Part shown: piece after piece, positions 63,103-64,000 of the stretch | How the letters are laid out: the number at the start of each line of letters is the position of its first letter | Numbering within the stretch: the first letter of the stretch is position 1 | Source: Podarcis vaucheri | Lineage: Eukaryota | Reading direction: 5' to 3' (one strand) | NCBI GenBank assembly: GCA_965113315.1 | Contig: OZ220365.1 | DNA length: 64,000 nucleotides | Program-made: the position numbers and the translations under genes | The notes under the pieces: model-generated | What the model was told of the DNA's origin: nothing | The model's database searches: none | What the model saw: the letters and a program-made list of their open reading frames with translations, nothing else

Positions 63103-64000
63103 TCCGCAAATGAATGTCTGAAAAGGTTGAAGACTACTCTAGCTAAGCCCAGAATGTGATTTTGATGAGAATTGCCCCCTGACTGTATGAAAAGTGACAT
63201 TTCCACAGCAAATTTGGGGTTTCTTACTAAGGAAAATAGTCTGAGGAACTGATCACTGGTAGCGATGTGATGATTCATAGGCTTGGACTGTTAAGGGGCA
63301 TGTACCAGTCTTTTGTCTTTCGCCTTCTTTGTTTGTTAGAGTTCTTTCTGGATTTCCTTTTTGTGAGCCTTGTGTATGAGAGCAGCCTGCTGATGCCCTG
63401 CTCCCTGACACTACGCACACATTCGCGTCACATTGAAGATGGTAGCAACAGAACATCAGAGGGAAGCTCTGCTTGGGGGTTCGATGCTAATAGGCTGCAA
63501 TTTCACAAGAAAGCTGCATTTGGCAACATGTTGCTGGCCTTGCTTGTGCTTTCAAAAGCAAAGTGATGCACAATGGCCATAGCATGGATCTTTGCAGCCT
63601 CTGTTCACTTTACAAAGCACATTTCTAAATTAAGCCTTTCAGCATACCCCTTTCTGAGCCAATTCAGTTGCAACACTGAGAGGTAGATTTCGCTTTCTCT
63701 TCTTCCTAACGAGGAGTTCAAGATGCTGTGCAACGGTTTTGTCAAAAGGTGAGATAGCTTTCTCCCCTTTCCATCCAGTTACCTTCTCACATTAAGAACA
63801 AGTTCGAACAGTTTTCAGAGGCAACCTATCATTTATAATTTCCCCGCATGGTAATGCAGATGGATGGCCTGCGAGCATGCCAGAGGATCAACATTTCCCT
63901 AGTGCATGAAACACTCCAGAGAGCAAAGTATTTAACAAGTAAATACTGGAACTTTGGGGGCATCATTTTTGGATACATCTGATCTGGCTGCAATGAAGTG

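Overview
Vertebrate nuclear DNA, almost certainly from a squamate: it carries Sauria SINEs, BovB, CR1, L2 and hAT/Tc1-mariner MITEs, and the SINE subtype looks lacertid-like (inference). The + strand holds most of the protein 4.1G gene EPB41L2, from inside the FERM domain (exon at 9700) through the FERM-adjacent, U2, spectrin-actin-binding (SAB), U3 and C-terminal domains. The stop is at 49288-49290 and a separate 3'UTR exon runs 50928 to about 52105. The 5' exons lie upstream of the window. Downstream, in convergent orientation, is the two-exon gene SMLR1 on the - strand. I assembled exons by hand from splice signals, reading phase and recalled human protein sequences; no database search was run. 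Highlights: (1) a 642-nt in-frame cassette exon with a 36-residue uncharged hydrophobic segment that matches my recollection of the paralogue 4.1B (EPB41L3) and is absent from canonical human 4.1G; (2) three further candidate phase-0 cassette exons of 33, 168 and 54 nt; (3) four RBFOX TGCATG motifs clustered after the SAB exon; (4) a GC-AG intron; (5) back-to-back AATAAA/TTTATT signals that may serve both genes; (6) HNF4A/FOXA motifs and an ambiguous start at SMLR1; (7) a head-to-head Sauria SINE pair and a hairpin-rich MITE in introns. There are no prokaryotic-type systems such as CRISPR, and most ORF-track entries are non-coding noise.
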